Of a stretch of DNA of 64,000 nucleotides, positions 39,601-48,887 are shown piece by piece; the stretch's first letter is position 1; each line of letters starts with the position of its first letter. The notes under the pieces were generated by a model. The model saw only the letters and a program-made list of their open reading frames with translations. It made no database searches and had not been told where the DNA came from. The stretch comes from Giardia intestinalis (Eukaryota), in assembly GCA_000002435.2 (NCBI GenBank), contig CM018790.1. One strand, 5' to 3'. Made by a program: the position numbers and the translations under genes.

Positions 39601-42073
39601 AATTACCAAGCCAAAAGGCACAGATGACGTCAGCTGGCGTATCAACGTCATTCGCATGGTTACAAGGCCCTTGAGAACTATGGTGATGGTTGTTCCGCTC
39701 CCCGTAGAACTGCAAAGGCTGATCTTCAACCATATTGAATGCAATCTGATAACTCCGTACCAATGTTGCATCGAAGCATGCGACGAAATGACGCGTGCTT
39801 CTGTCTATGGCATGACGACCCGCACAGCCAACCGATGCACGGATCTGCAAGCGCAAACTCTAAATACCCTCTTCCTTGTGCTCCTGAATGGACAGCTAGA
39901 GATGAACTCACGCTTCAACACGATACACACGCCGCTGGGGGCATCTGCGGAAGTGCTCCATGGAGACGGACAATGGGGCGAAGGAATAGCCGTCAATCCC
40001 ACGTTCGGATACCACACCGTCCATCGCACATGCCATAAGTCGAGCAAAATCGCTAGCTCAGAGGCGTCTGAAGACCACAAGACTGAGCACAGCGACATAG
40101 GAAAGCAAACGTCAGATGCAGATACGAATGCCACCACTGCTCTTCCATGGTCACGGTATGTGGCCATTCTTCTGCCAACAACAGAGATGCAGATGTCAAT
40201 TATCAGATACTTGCTGCGCAGAACACCTTTACAGATAGAACATGATGCCATCTTGGATCAGAGAAACCACTTCGCGCTGCACACAGAGCAATATCTGAGC
40301 AAATCGCAGTTACGATTCATTAATAGATCGAACTTTACCGTAACCAACAAGATAATCCTTGGAACGGGGCTGATCTGTGTGACGTTCAAGACATTCTCAC
40401 TGAACGGAACAATATACTTAGTGGCTAGTTTGTTTGCAGGAATAGATATTAGCCTTCTACAGGCGGACATAAGCCCGGAAATAGGGGCTGGTGCAGAAAA
40501 GGACATTTCCTCTAATATAATTCGTGAGAAGACAACCATCAATGTCAACGCAATAGAGTCCGACATAACGAGCATAGATACACCCACACTACCGACGCAC
40601 GATCACACCATGCTGAGCTCATTTCCAGGTCCCGACCCCGTAGATGCAGAGGTGATAAGTAACAACAAGATCAGGCCACAAGGCATGTTTCCAAGGCTAG
40701 TATTCTGGGTGGTCCATGAGAACATGCATTATCAATGCGTTGGAATTCTTCCTCTCCCAAGTATCTGTAATTCCATCATAATAGATAAGAACTCAAGTAC
40801 AGAGTTCTGCACAACGCTGGTCTGTGTCGTTGGTAACAGTTTGACACGCTACTTTGTCCATGCCACTCCCGAGCTTCCTGTCGAATCCGCCAGGTCCGTT
40901 AGTCTTTCCACTAAAGACCAAAATCCCATGAAAAGCATGCCTCTAATTACTCTAGAAAATGCTGCAACATATGCCAGCGAACAAGCGAGCAATGTGGACG
41001 TCGATACTCTGTCGTCTGCATATCCCGAACTACTCAACACTGAAAAGCAGTCTCTCTTTTTCAGAATTCCTAGTCAGTTGATGGGGCGGCATGAGGGTAA
41101 AGATGGTGGCGAAGAAGAGGTTGCTACGTGTCTCTCGGGGGCGCAGGAGCAGTTATTAGGGTATGAATTCAGGGCAAGATCCATGAAGCATGATCACGAT
41201 CCCATCTCCACTATCTCAGCAGATGACGTTAACATGATTTTCACTGTACCACGGTCAAAGTATGAGCTAAACGTTACAACGGCAAACTCCGTCCCCCTTG
41301 TGGATAAATTTGATGCTTCGACGATAGTAATGCTCGATAACGATGACAGAACGGCCTCCGTTGCATGTGTTATCAATAGCGGAATTATATCTCTGTACGA
41401 TTTTAAGCTGAATTTGCTGTATTATGACGAAAAGGGCATATGTGCAGATGTGAAAATAGTGTGCGGAATTTCGTCCTCAATTGCAGGGGCGCGCTTTAAG
41501 TCCCCCAATTGTTTCACGTTTATTGCTATAACTCGTGAAAACATGGTGCATTTTGTAGTAGCCAACTTAGAGGACGCATTTTCGCAGGTGCGCAGCATGG
41601 ATTCAATAGCCGTGCTATCCCACGATACTGAGCTGAAGATCAACAACATAGAATCCAACGCCTCTGCTGTATTATCCACTCCGGAAAAGACGTCAAGAGT
41701 GACCATACTTGCCTCCTATCCGTCAAGGCATAACATCACATGTGTCCACAGCTATATGAACGACTTAGTGCACATGGGGACAGACTCAGGTGCAGTTGTC
41801 TCCATCAAGGCAAATGCTACGCAGCTCCTGGCTGCATTGCAGAATAAAATGATTTCGGTGATAGCAGAGAAGTTCAATCTATCGGGAACTGCTTTCGATC
41901 CTGGGCATCTTAAGAAGCTCTCCAACCGAGCAAAGGAGTGCAAGATTATAGACGCGGATTTTCTGAGCCAGTTTTTAACGTTGAACACTGAGCTCCAGGG
42001 AACGATAGCGCGGAGCCTTAATATGACTGTGGAAGACATTGAGGAAGCCCTTACGGAGATCTATTATCTCTAG
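36668..42073 (+). CDS. CPSF_A / DDB1 / SF3b130-family triple beta-propeller protein (1801 aa), possibly the CPSF160 homolog
   Basis: The N-terminal pattern (LLTINTVLSSGAVIASFRG...ELLIVRSNCFQIYGV) resembles the first blade of DDB1/CPSF160. The C-terminus IIDADFLSQFLTLNTELQGTIARSLNMTVEDIEEALTEIYYL matches the family's (I/V)DGDL(I/L)EQF...helical tail. Large low-similarity insertions account for the size. Confidence 0.6.
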   Translation: MSETLLTINTVLSSGAVIASFRGRYSAGASTDELLIVRSNCFQIYGVECTKSADAAGTPMEVFRPLLTVDLIVSIDRACHIPAISFANQTFSQDLLLLVSSTLHISLYGFYGNSQALNYVELLNLNLAFYLATEGRIPLPIPKKYTMSLAAVSVVPTMSALICFSYRDSPTIAGQLVFIYLFNSALGSNSSLKKNAHKADEHIHASIILPNKNTETSQVIDVKQVCFLESPPLYERSGETMLPVLCVNGNSDICSFEICRESFFSSPQLHGIESRINLIKQGIKLMDGPFYMRDLPFGSVLCPVHFYIESPDALMMYFPLAVATCDSFSLVLKMRDSYSISFRTANQQTFKSLHPQAVPLNVTQIENSHIFLIAFDDGNLCYVYLDVGQLFMVATDKNEEDISSTLTTTETIYSNGVVTHALRARIFTTGVFTWPNYGKEGKMFRLPSSIHLACIRKRRYGLVRSRGSSGKATLSLLEDAAFATAAAQQDQGTSPGYFQSEESIRQDMASDEVLIFLGSQTLDSTITRVQLSNLCKAHNLNVECGKAGKQLFETPKHESLYQLDLINQQLIQGVGAVQDLSHIESGLILTASSHGRDGNLALMEKGMLIRNMGDAKLPNMSIANLFFYHCPVDAQYYIVLVSKAGDISIYQIKLASSCMHGNLQRQSQHKTRKLSQLSVTSTKSILGLLQTTTGSSLPRDIENHSLVDFVHVPDSRTISSLAEIDFETIRQKHPDFGILLSMSTLSIDTNRRITIRLYRGGVCVDNSILYKFSSTVLSGRIYKEYIVASGADKSMFIMRVRTDTQPSTALVMLNKYTDVHVATVSMDTLDASRNVYAAFFGMQNKTILIYAFDNCNMEVTSLSPIKVPIVPFSVLLLLSDTLGKAHESPNVDVLEGKLVFSGLDGYIGIIPFEVSQKKSKRAYTYTLSTSKINSTTILKSREGKIPLQLYHVMDSSSSFMVRGSHLFYATIRKEIDLTITKPKGTDDVSWRINVIRMVTRPLRTMVMVVPLPVELQRLIFNHIECNLITPYQCCIEACDEMTRASVYGMTTRTANRCTDLQAQTLNTLFLVLLNGQLEMNSRFNTIHTPLGASAEVLHGDGQWGEGIAVNPTFGYHTVHRTCHKSSKIASSEASEDHKTEHSDIGKQTSDADTNATTALPWSRYVAILLPTTEMQMSIIRYLLRRTPLQIEHDAILDQRNHFALHTEQYLSKSQLRFINRSNFTVTNKIILGTGLICVTFKTFSLNGTIYLVASLFAGIDISLLQADISPEIGAGAEKDISSNIIREKTTINVNAIESDITSIDTPTLPTHDHTMLSSFPGPDPVDAEVISNNKIRPQGMFPRLVFWVVHENMHYQCVGILPLPSICNSIIIDKNSSTEFCTTLVCVVGNSLTRYFVHATPELPVESARSVSLSTKDQNPMKSMPLITLENAATYASEQASNVDVDTLSSAYPELLNTEKQSLFFRIPSQLMGRHEGKDGGEEEVATCLSGAQEQLLGYEFRARSMKHDHDPISTISADDVNMIFTVPRSKYELNVTTANSVPLVDKFDASTIVMLDNDDRTASVACVINSGIISLYDFKLNLLYYDEKGICADVKIVCGISSSIAGARFKSPNCFTFIAITRENMVHFVVANLEDAFSQVRSMDSIAVLSHDTELKINNIESNASAVLSTPEKTSRVTILASYPSRHNITCVHSYMNDLVHMGTDSGAVVSIKANATQLLAALQNKMISVIAEKFNLSGTAFDPGHLKKLSNRAKECKIIDADFLSQFLTLNTELQGTIARSLNMTVEDIEEALTEIYYL

Positions 42074-42081
42074 ATCTGTTT

Positions 42082-42765
42082 ATGGATTACTGGCGCGTCT
42101 TTCCCTGGTTTTTGAGTTTTTATATGGAAAGACGACTGGAAGCGTTGGAGACAAAGATATCGGCCTTGGCACGGTTTGTGGGGGTTCCTGACGATTATGA
42201 CGTGCTGCACATTCTCGCAATAGCATATAAATGCGGCTTCACCCGGCCACTGGCTGTACGGACACCTGAAGACTACTATAACCAAGAGCTCAGCGCGCGT
42301 CCGACCATGCTTGGTTATTGTCGAAGTACAGCGAATCTATGCAAGAGTATAGTGTTAGAGAACACCAAGGCTCCACGGAACGCAGCCGATCCCCTGTTTT
42401 CTCGCTATTACCTTATAGTAGTTCAGTACATCCGTAAGTTCTCGAGCTCGAAGTTTCATAGTGCTATGCGTCGTCTTGCTAAGGAAAGCACCGATACGTA
42501 TCTAAAGTCACTGACAAAGAATGACTATACTTGGAGATTTTGTGAGGAAGACGAGGCTGTTGCTCTTACCGGCGCGCCCCACAATGGCATGGGGCCAATA
42601 GGTACATCTATGAACATTCCGCTTGTCCTAGATGCAAACATTCTGCAGACGGTAGATAACATGTGGGTTGGCGGAATGCATCCCCTTGTCAAGTTACGTG
42701 TCTGCTGCGCAGAGTTCAAGAATCTATTGATGCCCTTAGTGCTTGACTGTACAGATAGTCTTTGA
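42082..42765 (+). CDS. Hypothetical protein (227 aa)
   Basis: The ATG lies only 8 nt after the upstream stop. An alternative start is Met15 (MERRLEALETK) at about 42124, which has an AT-rich context. No recognised family. Confidence 0.45.
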   Translation: MDYWRVFPWFLSFYMERRLEALETKISALARFVGVPDDYDVLHILAIAYKCGFTRPLAVRTPEDYYNQELSARPTMLGYCRSTANLCKSIVLENTKAPRNAADPLFSRYYLIVVQYIRKFSSSKFHSAMRRLAKESTDTYLKSLTKNDYTWRFCEEDEAVALTGAPHNGMGPIGTSMNIPLVLDANILQTVDNMWVGGMHPLVKLRVCCAEFKNLLMPLVLDCTDSL

Positions 42766-42786
42766 ATCTATTAGTGAGAGTGAATC

Positions 42787-45042
42787 ATGGACATCTCCCT
42801 TGATTACGAACTAAAAACAGGTTTTGCGGTTGAAACCGTAATGCGCACTCTACAATATCCAGAAGAGCGGATAAATTGGCTTGAGGAGCACAAAGCCATC
42901 AATAGTGAGTTGGGAGATGAGCTTCGCGCATTCGCAGCGGTTATCGGATTGGATGGACCAGCGCAAATGTACGGTTTTACGAACGACGCCCGCGTTCGTA
43001 GCGCGTCCATAACAAGCCCAATCCGCAGTGCATACGCAGAAATGCGGGAAAACAGTGGCAAAATTAAGGAGATAGTTTGCGAGAATAATGCAAAACGGCC
43101 ATCAAGTCCAAGCTTGGTAGTGACAGACCCATTGACAAATGCTCTTCAGATCGCGCTTGCACAAGCAAAAGTCAGAAGCGACCACGAAGTCTCCAAGTAC
43201 TCGCGGAGAATCCAGGCTCTTGATACAATGAGCGAAAACGTTATTGGAGCGACAATGCTTCCATTGTCCGTCGTTCCCGATGTTCTGATCGATGGCACAA
43301 TGTATACCGTTCCGATTAGTACAGAAGAGCCGTCCGTCGTGGCGGCCTTGGCCCACGCCGCTAAGATTTTCCGTATAGGTAAGGGAGTACGGACACTTGG
43401 GCCAATCAATCCATTCATCCTCGGCCAGCTTATTTTCATGCTGATCGATGGGCAGTGGAAGCACCCAATGAATCTGTCCGAACTCGAAAGCCTCCTATCA
43501 CGATCGCTGGCAACACACCTTCCCAATTCACGTAACTACGGCAAGGGAATCGTCTCTTGCTACCTACGAAAGCTCAATGACTACATATTATTAGAGATAG
43601 GGCTTGATCCCGGAGAAGCTATGGGTGCAAACATGATTAATGGATTCATGGAGGCAATAGCACCAGATGTAGAGCGCTATCTCACGAAGTTTGGTCATGT
43701 GGAGCGGTTGACATCCATTCTTTCTAACTCTGGAGCTGGACGGGAGTACGAAGCAATCGCAAAGATAACTGTGGAAGATTACGCCATGGCGAAGAATATC
43801 CCCATGAAGAAGGCCGAAGACATCCTGCGACGTATAGAGGCCCTCAGCCAGCTTGCAGAGATGGACACCAATAGAAGGATAACTCATAATAAGGGGGTGC
43901 TGAACGGTATCATTGGGGTTGCCCTCGCATGTGGACAAGACACACGTGCCATTGATGTTGCGAACTGCCAGCTCGGCCACACGAAGCCCTTGGTCACCCA
44001 CAGGTTCAACAGCAAGGAGTTGTTTCTTCGACTTACCGCAAGAATCTCGGCACCGGTCGGGGTCATAGGAGGATCATCCAAATTATTCTGGGGACTCTCC
44101 ATTCTTGGCCAGGCTCAGGAGAATCGAATTAGTAGCGGCTCCCTGGGTCGCATTTTGGCTGCCGTCGGGCTTCTGCAAAACTTTGCTGCTTTACAAGCTC
44201 TAGTGACAAATGGGATACAACACGGCCATATGAAGCTTCATAATAGGAAACTAGTGACACGAGAAACGCCAACGCCGGCATCAGCATCAAGCTCTATTTC
44301 AGCCTCATTGCAGGCCGTTAGCATAGAACCTAAAACTACTCCACCCAAGGTGACCACTCCATTCATGGACAGTCAAGATAGAGATAAAAACAAATTGAAT
44401 ACAGCGCTGAATGAGTCCCTCAAGAGGATAGAGGACATTATTTCTCACATCAACTACACGCCAGAAGAGCCTAACTACGAAGCCAAGATGATGTTAACTA
44501 ATGGGGAATCAGATCTGTACAGGTACTTTTCTCCCGCTAAGCTGAGCCCTGTGAGGAACCTCCAGCAACCGTCATTGCGAATGCAAAGTCCGAAACGGCA
44601 ATCGTATGCATTAGAAAAGTTAGCCTCCCAGACACTGTTAGATAGGGTGCGCACCCGGTCCCCAATCCTTTCTCAATCTATCAGCTCTGACAGCCCATTT
44701 GGCGCCGCTAGCACTCATCAACCTACAGTTCTCTCAACACTAGCAAAAGGATTAGGTCAGTCTGCGTCCACTTATAACGGTGGCCAATCTGCAGACTTGT
44801 TCGGTTCAGGACACGGTAAGCCGGCGTCTTCATCTACACTCACCAGGCAGATGTCCTACAGCCCAAACAGACTCAATAGCTTTAGTGTAGTCAGTGACCG
44901 CACAACGTCGCCGGTAAAGAGCCTGGAGATGGAGCACTGGGAAGGGAACTCCGGGGCGAGAAATGAACTTAGCACCAGCAAGAGGCCCTACAATATAGTC
45001 TCTCCGAGTAATTTAAAGCATAATTCTTGGAGAAACTCTTAG
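42787..45042 (+). CDS. HMGR: HMG-CoA reductase of class II (bacterial/archaeal type) with a ~290-aa Ser/Pro-rich C-terminal extension
   Basis: Residues 1-460 align with Pseudomonas mevalonii class II HMGR from the recalled sequence: [20 protein letters not shown] vs [32 protein letters not shown] vs [40 protein letters not shown] vs [42 protein letters not shown] vs [44 protein letters not shown] vs [33 protein letters not shown] (catalytic His). Class I signatures (TTEGCLVAS, DAMGMNM) are absent, as is an N-terminal membrane domain. Confidence 0.85.
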   Translation: [751 protein letters not shown]

Positions 45043-45642
45043 CTAAATTAGTTAGTCAGTCTTGTATCTACAATTTGTTGACAGGCAGGACCTTGATACA
45101 ACATTTTGTAAATGGTATGTCTGTCCTTAGCTCCTTAGGGATTTCTGAAATCTAAAAAAATTTGGTGGGCAAAATTTTCAATCATCCGTGGCATCCCTGA
45201 AGATCATTATGAAAACACTACAACATAATCTACGACATATGTGAACACACTGATAGATGGTCTGTTTCTTGGGCAGTATAACGCCCTGCACAATCTCAGA
45301 CTTACCCTACTTCCAGGTCTGGGCTAATTCTGACATCAGTTTTGGCTTGTAGCTGGTACTTTGATGACTTCTGGGGAAGCACTGCATATGGTTCACAGAC
45401 ACTCACAGGCGGTGTAAACAAGTATGTGATTAAAATGGATCCACTACAAGCGCTTACCAGGGAAGCCTTTAGGTGAGCAGCTGCACTAGAAAAGCTACAC
45501 TAGAAAATTTTTGGTTCACTTTAGTTCCTAGTTCCCGGAGAGGTTGCGAAGGGTGCAAATAAGGGCATGTACTAATGAATTCCCGCAGCCATAGTTACGA
45601 AGTTCCTAGCACCGAAACTCACGGACAGAGAGTGCCAACTGG

Positions 45643-46581
45643 ATGAGCGCATGCAAGAAGTCTGGGAAGCCCCGCTGTTCGGCCATCAAAGAGCAATCTG
45701 CCCCGCGATCTAAGATACGGTCCAAATCATCGTCTAAGCTGCCAGCTAAGCCGGCGAGAGATACGATTAAGAAGTCGCCAAAAGCAAAAGCGCTCTCGGT
45801 GGCGCAGCCCACAGGTCGGAAGTGGACTCTGCAGGAGGAAATACGTCTCTTAGCACTCTTCATCGCGGTTGGACCCGATTGGTTCAAAATTTCTGAGCAC
45901 CTTGACAATCGTCAACCAAGCACGATAAAGTGCAAGTTAAACAATATGCTCAGGTATGCGTTGATGGGGGCGAGTGATCGTATCGATGACGTGGGAAGAT
46001 TCACAAAGCATATAGCAAACGAAATTAAGTCCAAAAACTACACCCTTCTTCAGTACCATTCGCAGCACCTTTCCAAGCTACCCTTAGAAAAAATAGAGCC
46101 CTTTCTTCGTAGAGAGCTCAATATCATATTGCCTCAGTTAGAGTCGCAGGCAAAAAGAGAGCATGTTGATAGTTGTATACTAACAAATAAGAGCGAACAG
46201 AAGACTACGTATCTTCAACCTTTACCTTTTTCAGCGCCGCAGCAGCTCCAGCCGATGCTGGTAAGTGACTATAGCGATGCTCCAACGCCCCAGCCTCCCT
46301 ACTCTTCCTGGTTTAATAACGTATTCCCATATCCTTCTTCTTGCTCCGATTCTCTTGTGCAGTGGAAGCCTCTTCCCTGCGATTCAAGAGGCTCGTGTCA
46401 GCTCTCCCTATCAGAGAGCTCATTCAGGCTCTTCCCACCGGGCCTGGAGGCACCACCTCTACTTCATCCGATAGCCTCATCCAGCAATGCCCACAGCACG
46501 CCAGTGTCTGCCTTGCCCTCACTAGATCCCCCCTATAATAACGAAATCTGCGGGTACTCACTTAGGGTCCCGATTAATTAA
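45643..46581 (+). CDS. Myb/SANT-domain DNA-binding protein
   Basis: One SANT/Myb repeat: RKWTLQEEIRLLALFIAVGPDWFKISEHLDNRQPSTIKCKLNNMLRYA (W..E..L, G.DW..I, R....C). Basic Lys/Ser-rich N-terminus and a Pro/Ser-rich C-terminus typical of transcription factors. Confidence 0.65.
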   Translation: MSACKKSGKPRCSAIKEQSAPRSKIRSKSSSKLPAKPARDTIKKSPKAKALSVAQPTGRKWTLQEEIRLLALFIAVGPDWFKISEHLDNRQPSTIKCKLNNMLRYALMGASDRIDDVGRFTKHIANEIKSKNYTLLQYHSQHLSKLPLEKIEPFLRRELNIILPQLESQAKREHVDSCILTNKSEQKTTYLQPLPFSAPQQLQPMLVSDYSDAPTPQPPYSSWFNNVFPYPSSCSDSLVQWKPLPCDSRGSCQLSLSESSFRLFPPGLEAPPLLHPIASSSNAHSTPVSALPSLDPPYNNEICGYSLRVPIN

Positions 46582-46720
46582 GAGTCCTCAGCCTGTCAGA
46601 CATGCAGTATCCATTTGCTCGTCCTTGTTTATTTGTCCTCCTTTCCCAAATTGTACCTTTTCAGTCCATTTTTTTGGCCGCTTAACATAATTTCCTTCTT
46701 CTGCGAGCCGCTGTGTCGCA

Positions 46721-47116
46721 ATGGACAATGTCCCGGATCGGTACAAAACACTCATACCAGACCGCCGGAGCGCAGAGCTCTTGGAGGTGTACAAAGTCGG
46801 CACTGCGAACGCTCTGGAGTTCCAGATACCTTACCAGGACTATACCATCGGTCACATTCTTCGCAAGGAGCTCCTTTCCATGCCTCAAGTGACGTTCGCA
46901 GGGATGAAGACACCCCATCCGTTGGAGTCCAAGATCGTCATCCGTCTTCAGACGAACCCGTCGGGGTTTCTGTCTGACACAATCCAGGCCACGCCCGAGA
47001 ACTGCTTCCAGAGCGCCCTTACAAAGATAACAGAGTCTATGGAGCTGATAAAGAAAACCTTTATGGCTGCTGTGGACGACTATAGTATCATGCACACCCA
47101 CCCAGGGTCCATCTAA
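46721..47116 (+). CDS. RNA polymerase subunit of the Rpb11/AC19 (RBP11-like dimerisation) family
   Basis: 131 aa. DYTIGHILRKELLSMPQVTFAGMKTPHPLESKIVIRLQTNPSGFLSDTI aligns with human POLR2J [49 protein letters not shown]. Confidence 0.75.
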   Translation: MDNVPDRYKTLIPDRRSAELLEVYKVGTANALEFQIPYQDYTIGHILRKELLSMPQVTFAGMKTPHPLESKIVIRLQTNPSGFLSDTIQATPENCFQSALTKITESMELIKKTFMAAVDDYSIMHTHPGSI

Positions 47117-47228
47117 AACACGGCCCCCACCCCACACGCCCAGTCACCAGAAGCCCAACGCTCAAAGCTCAAAGCTCAACGATCAGTGGGGGCGAAAAGA
47201 AAGTAAAAGAGGCTTTATACATTTACGC

Positions 47229-48764
47229 TCAAGGTTGGTTTGATTCACCCTTCAGGATTTTATACCTGGTGTGAACCTCCTTGATAATCCTGTCTATGTC
47301 TAGAAGAAAGCGGTATTTATTGAGCATGTTGGTCATAGGTACAGAGTGATTAGTATATAAAAGTTTCAGAAGAGAGTCATAGGTGCATGCCCCGTGCATA
47401 GCAACGCCCTTGTAGTAAGTTTTAAAAGACAACTGAATGTCCGAATACCATGTGTCCAGCTTCTTCAGTGTTTCCTTCTGCTTGACTAGGTCGATGCACT
47501 CTCCGGTGCTTTGCTTGAAAATATAAGTTGAGGGATCACAGCCTCTGTTCCCAGCGAAGATGCAGGATTTTCTGAAGCCCAAGATGATGGTGATATCGTC
47601 TGCATATAGGTCTTCCTCTGCGACCTTCTTCATAATGATGTGACTGAGTTCGGACGCGATTAGACAAGGGTTTATGTTATCTATGTTGCCCGTTTCCACA
47701 TAGCTGGACACGTTACGCTGAATAACTGCATGAACTTCTTCGTTGCTAAGGACTGCCCACACTCCATCGGAGCCCAGAATTACATAGTCGACAGGGTCAC
47801 ACATGCTGTTTCCAATCGTCCCTGTTCGCAGGTCATAGAATACAGAGGGGTTCTTCAGTGGCCGGGGGTTGCTGTCATTGGAATGAGGTACACTGCGGGC
47901 AGAGGTCATAGCCAGCTCTGCTGATACGCTCCCCGCAGAGAGCGTGTCCCTGAGGTCGTCATCAGACATCACTATCTTCTTCCGAAAAATGTCCGGGTTA
48001 GCTACCATTGCCTTCCCCTTGCTAAATGTGTTTCCCAACGTCCTAGTGAGCATAAAGCTCCACCAGTGCAGACATGTCTCCGGGAAAAGCCGATTCTGTG
48101 ATATGGTTGCCCCTGCCATTCGGCACCTACTGATCTCTCGGGCGTTGTGGGAGGCACAGTGGTCTATTGACATGGGCTCCACCACCCCGACTGCAGCTGA
48201 CCCTTCAAAGTAGAGGGGCTCTATTCCCCGCATTGCATTGAGTTTGCTTACCTTCACCGTTCCCTTCTCCTGCTCACACTTCTTGACCGTCTCGGATATC
48301 TGGCCGGGGGTGTTCAGCATCGATTGGTAGATATTTAGACTTCCCACACAGGCACGTGAATCGCCCGTATTGATGAAGTAAAGGTCGTTGTTGAGCTCTA
48401 GGCACATGATTACTGTGCTTCCGGACCTAGACGAGTTACCCGGCGGGTCATAGTCCGCATATCGTGCGTCTGCGTTGAGCATGGCGTTGCAGAGAGTGGT
48501 AGCGATGATGACTGACTGGTTTGCATTGAGAGGGGCTTGCTTCAAGGCAGTAGAGACAGCCTTTGCAAGCATGGTAGGCAGGTACTCAGACCCGTACATA
48601 GATGCAAAGTCTGCCAGGCCGTGCCCGTCATAAACGCCAACCACAGTAAAAAACCGCTCCGAATCCTTGAAAAAATCGAGTGAGCGGCAGTCCTGGCCCT
48701 TTGAATTATGGAAGATGGACGATCCCCAGAAGAACGCCGAGTTCTGTGCAGAGAAAAAGGCCAT
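47229..48764 (-). CDS. PP2C-family Ser/Thr protein phosphatase with extended loops
   Basis: The ORF-track end at 48779 is TTG and the first ATG is at 48764 (MAFFSAQN...). PP2C motifs: FFTVVGVYDGHG, YFINTGDSRACV, LTRTLGNTFSK, VDYVILGSDGVWAVLSNEEVHAVI, DDITIILGF. Confidence 0.85.
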   Translation of the reverse strand: MAFFSAQNSAFFWGSSIFHNSKGQDCRSLDFFKDSERFFTVVGVYDGHGLADFASMYGSEYLPTMLAKAVSTALKQAPLNANQSVIIATTLCNAMLNADARYADYDPPGNSSRSGSTVIMCLELNNDLYFINTGDSRACVGSLNIYQSMLNTPGQISETVKKCEQEKGTVKVSKLNAMRGIEPLYFEGSAAVGVVEPMSIDHCASHNAREISRCRMAGATISQNRLFPETCLHWWSFMLTRTLGNTFSKGKAMVANPDIFRKKIVMSDDDLRDTLSAGSVSAELAMTSARSVPHSNDSNPRPLKNPSVFYDLRTGTIGNSMCDPVDYVILGSDGVWAVLSNEEVHAVIQRNVSSYVETGNIDNINPCLIASELSHIIMKKVAEEDLYADDITIILGFRKSCIFAGNRGCDPSTYIFKQSTGECIDLVKQKETLKKLDTWYSDIQLSFKTYYKGVAMHGACTYDSLLKLLYTNHSVPMTNMLNKYRFLLDIDRIIKEVHTRYKILKGESNQP

Positions 48765-48887
48765 TTTACGCTCAGACAAAATCTAATTACGTCTGCAGTT
48801 TTTTTAATGGACTGGAAGTTAAAGGGGAAGGTGGTGACGGGACGTTTACACAGCTTTTAGACAATCTTCTTGAAAATTCCCAACAAA

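Noticed and set aside
45150-45300. Possible box C/D snoRNA in the long intergenic region (CTGA and TGATAG-like elements)
   Set aside because: No convincing C box (RUGAUGA) paired with a D box at the proper spacing, and no terminal stem.
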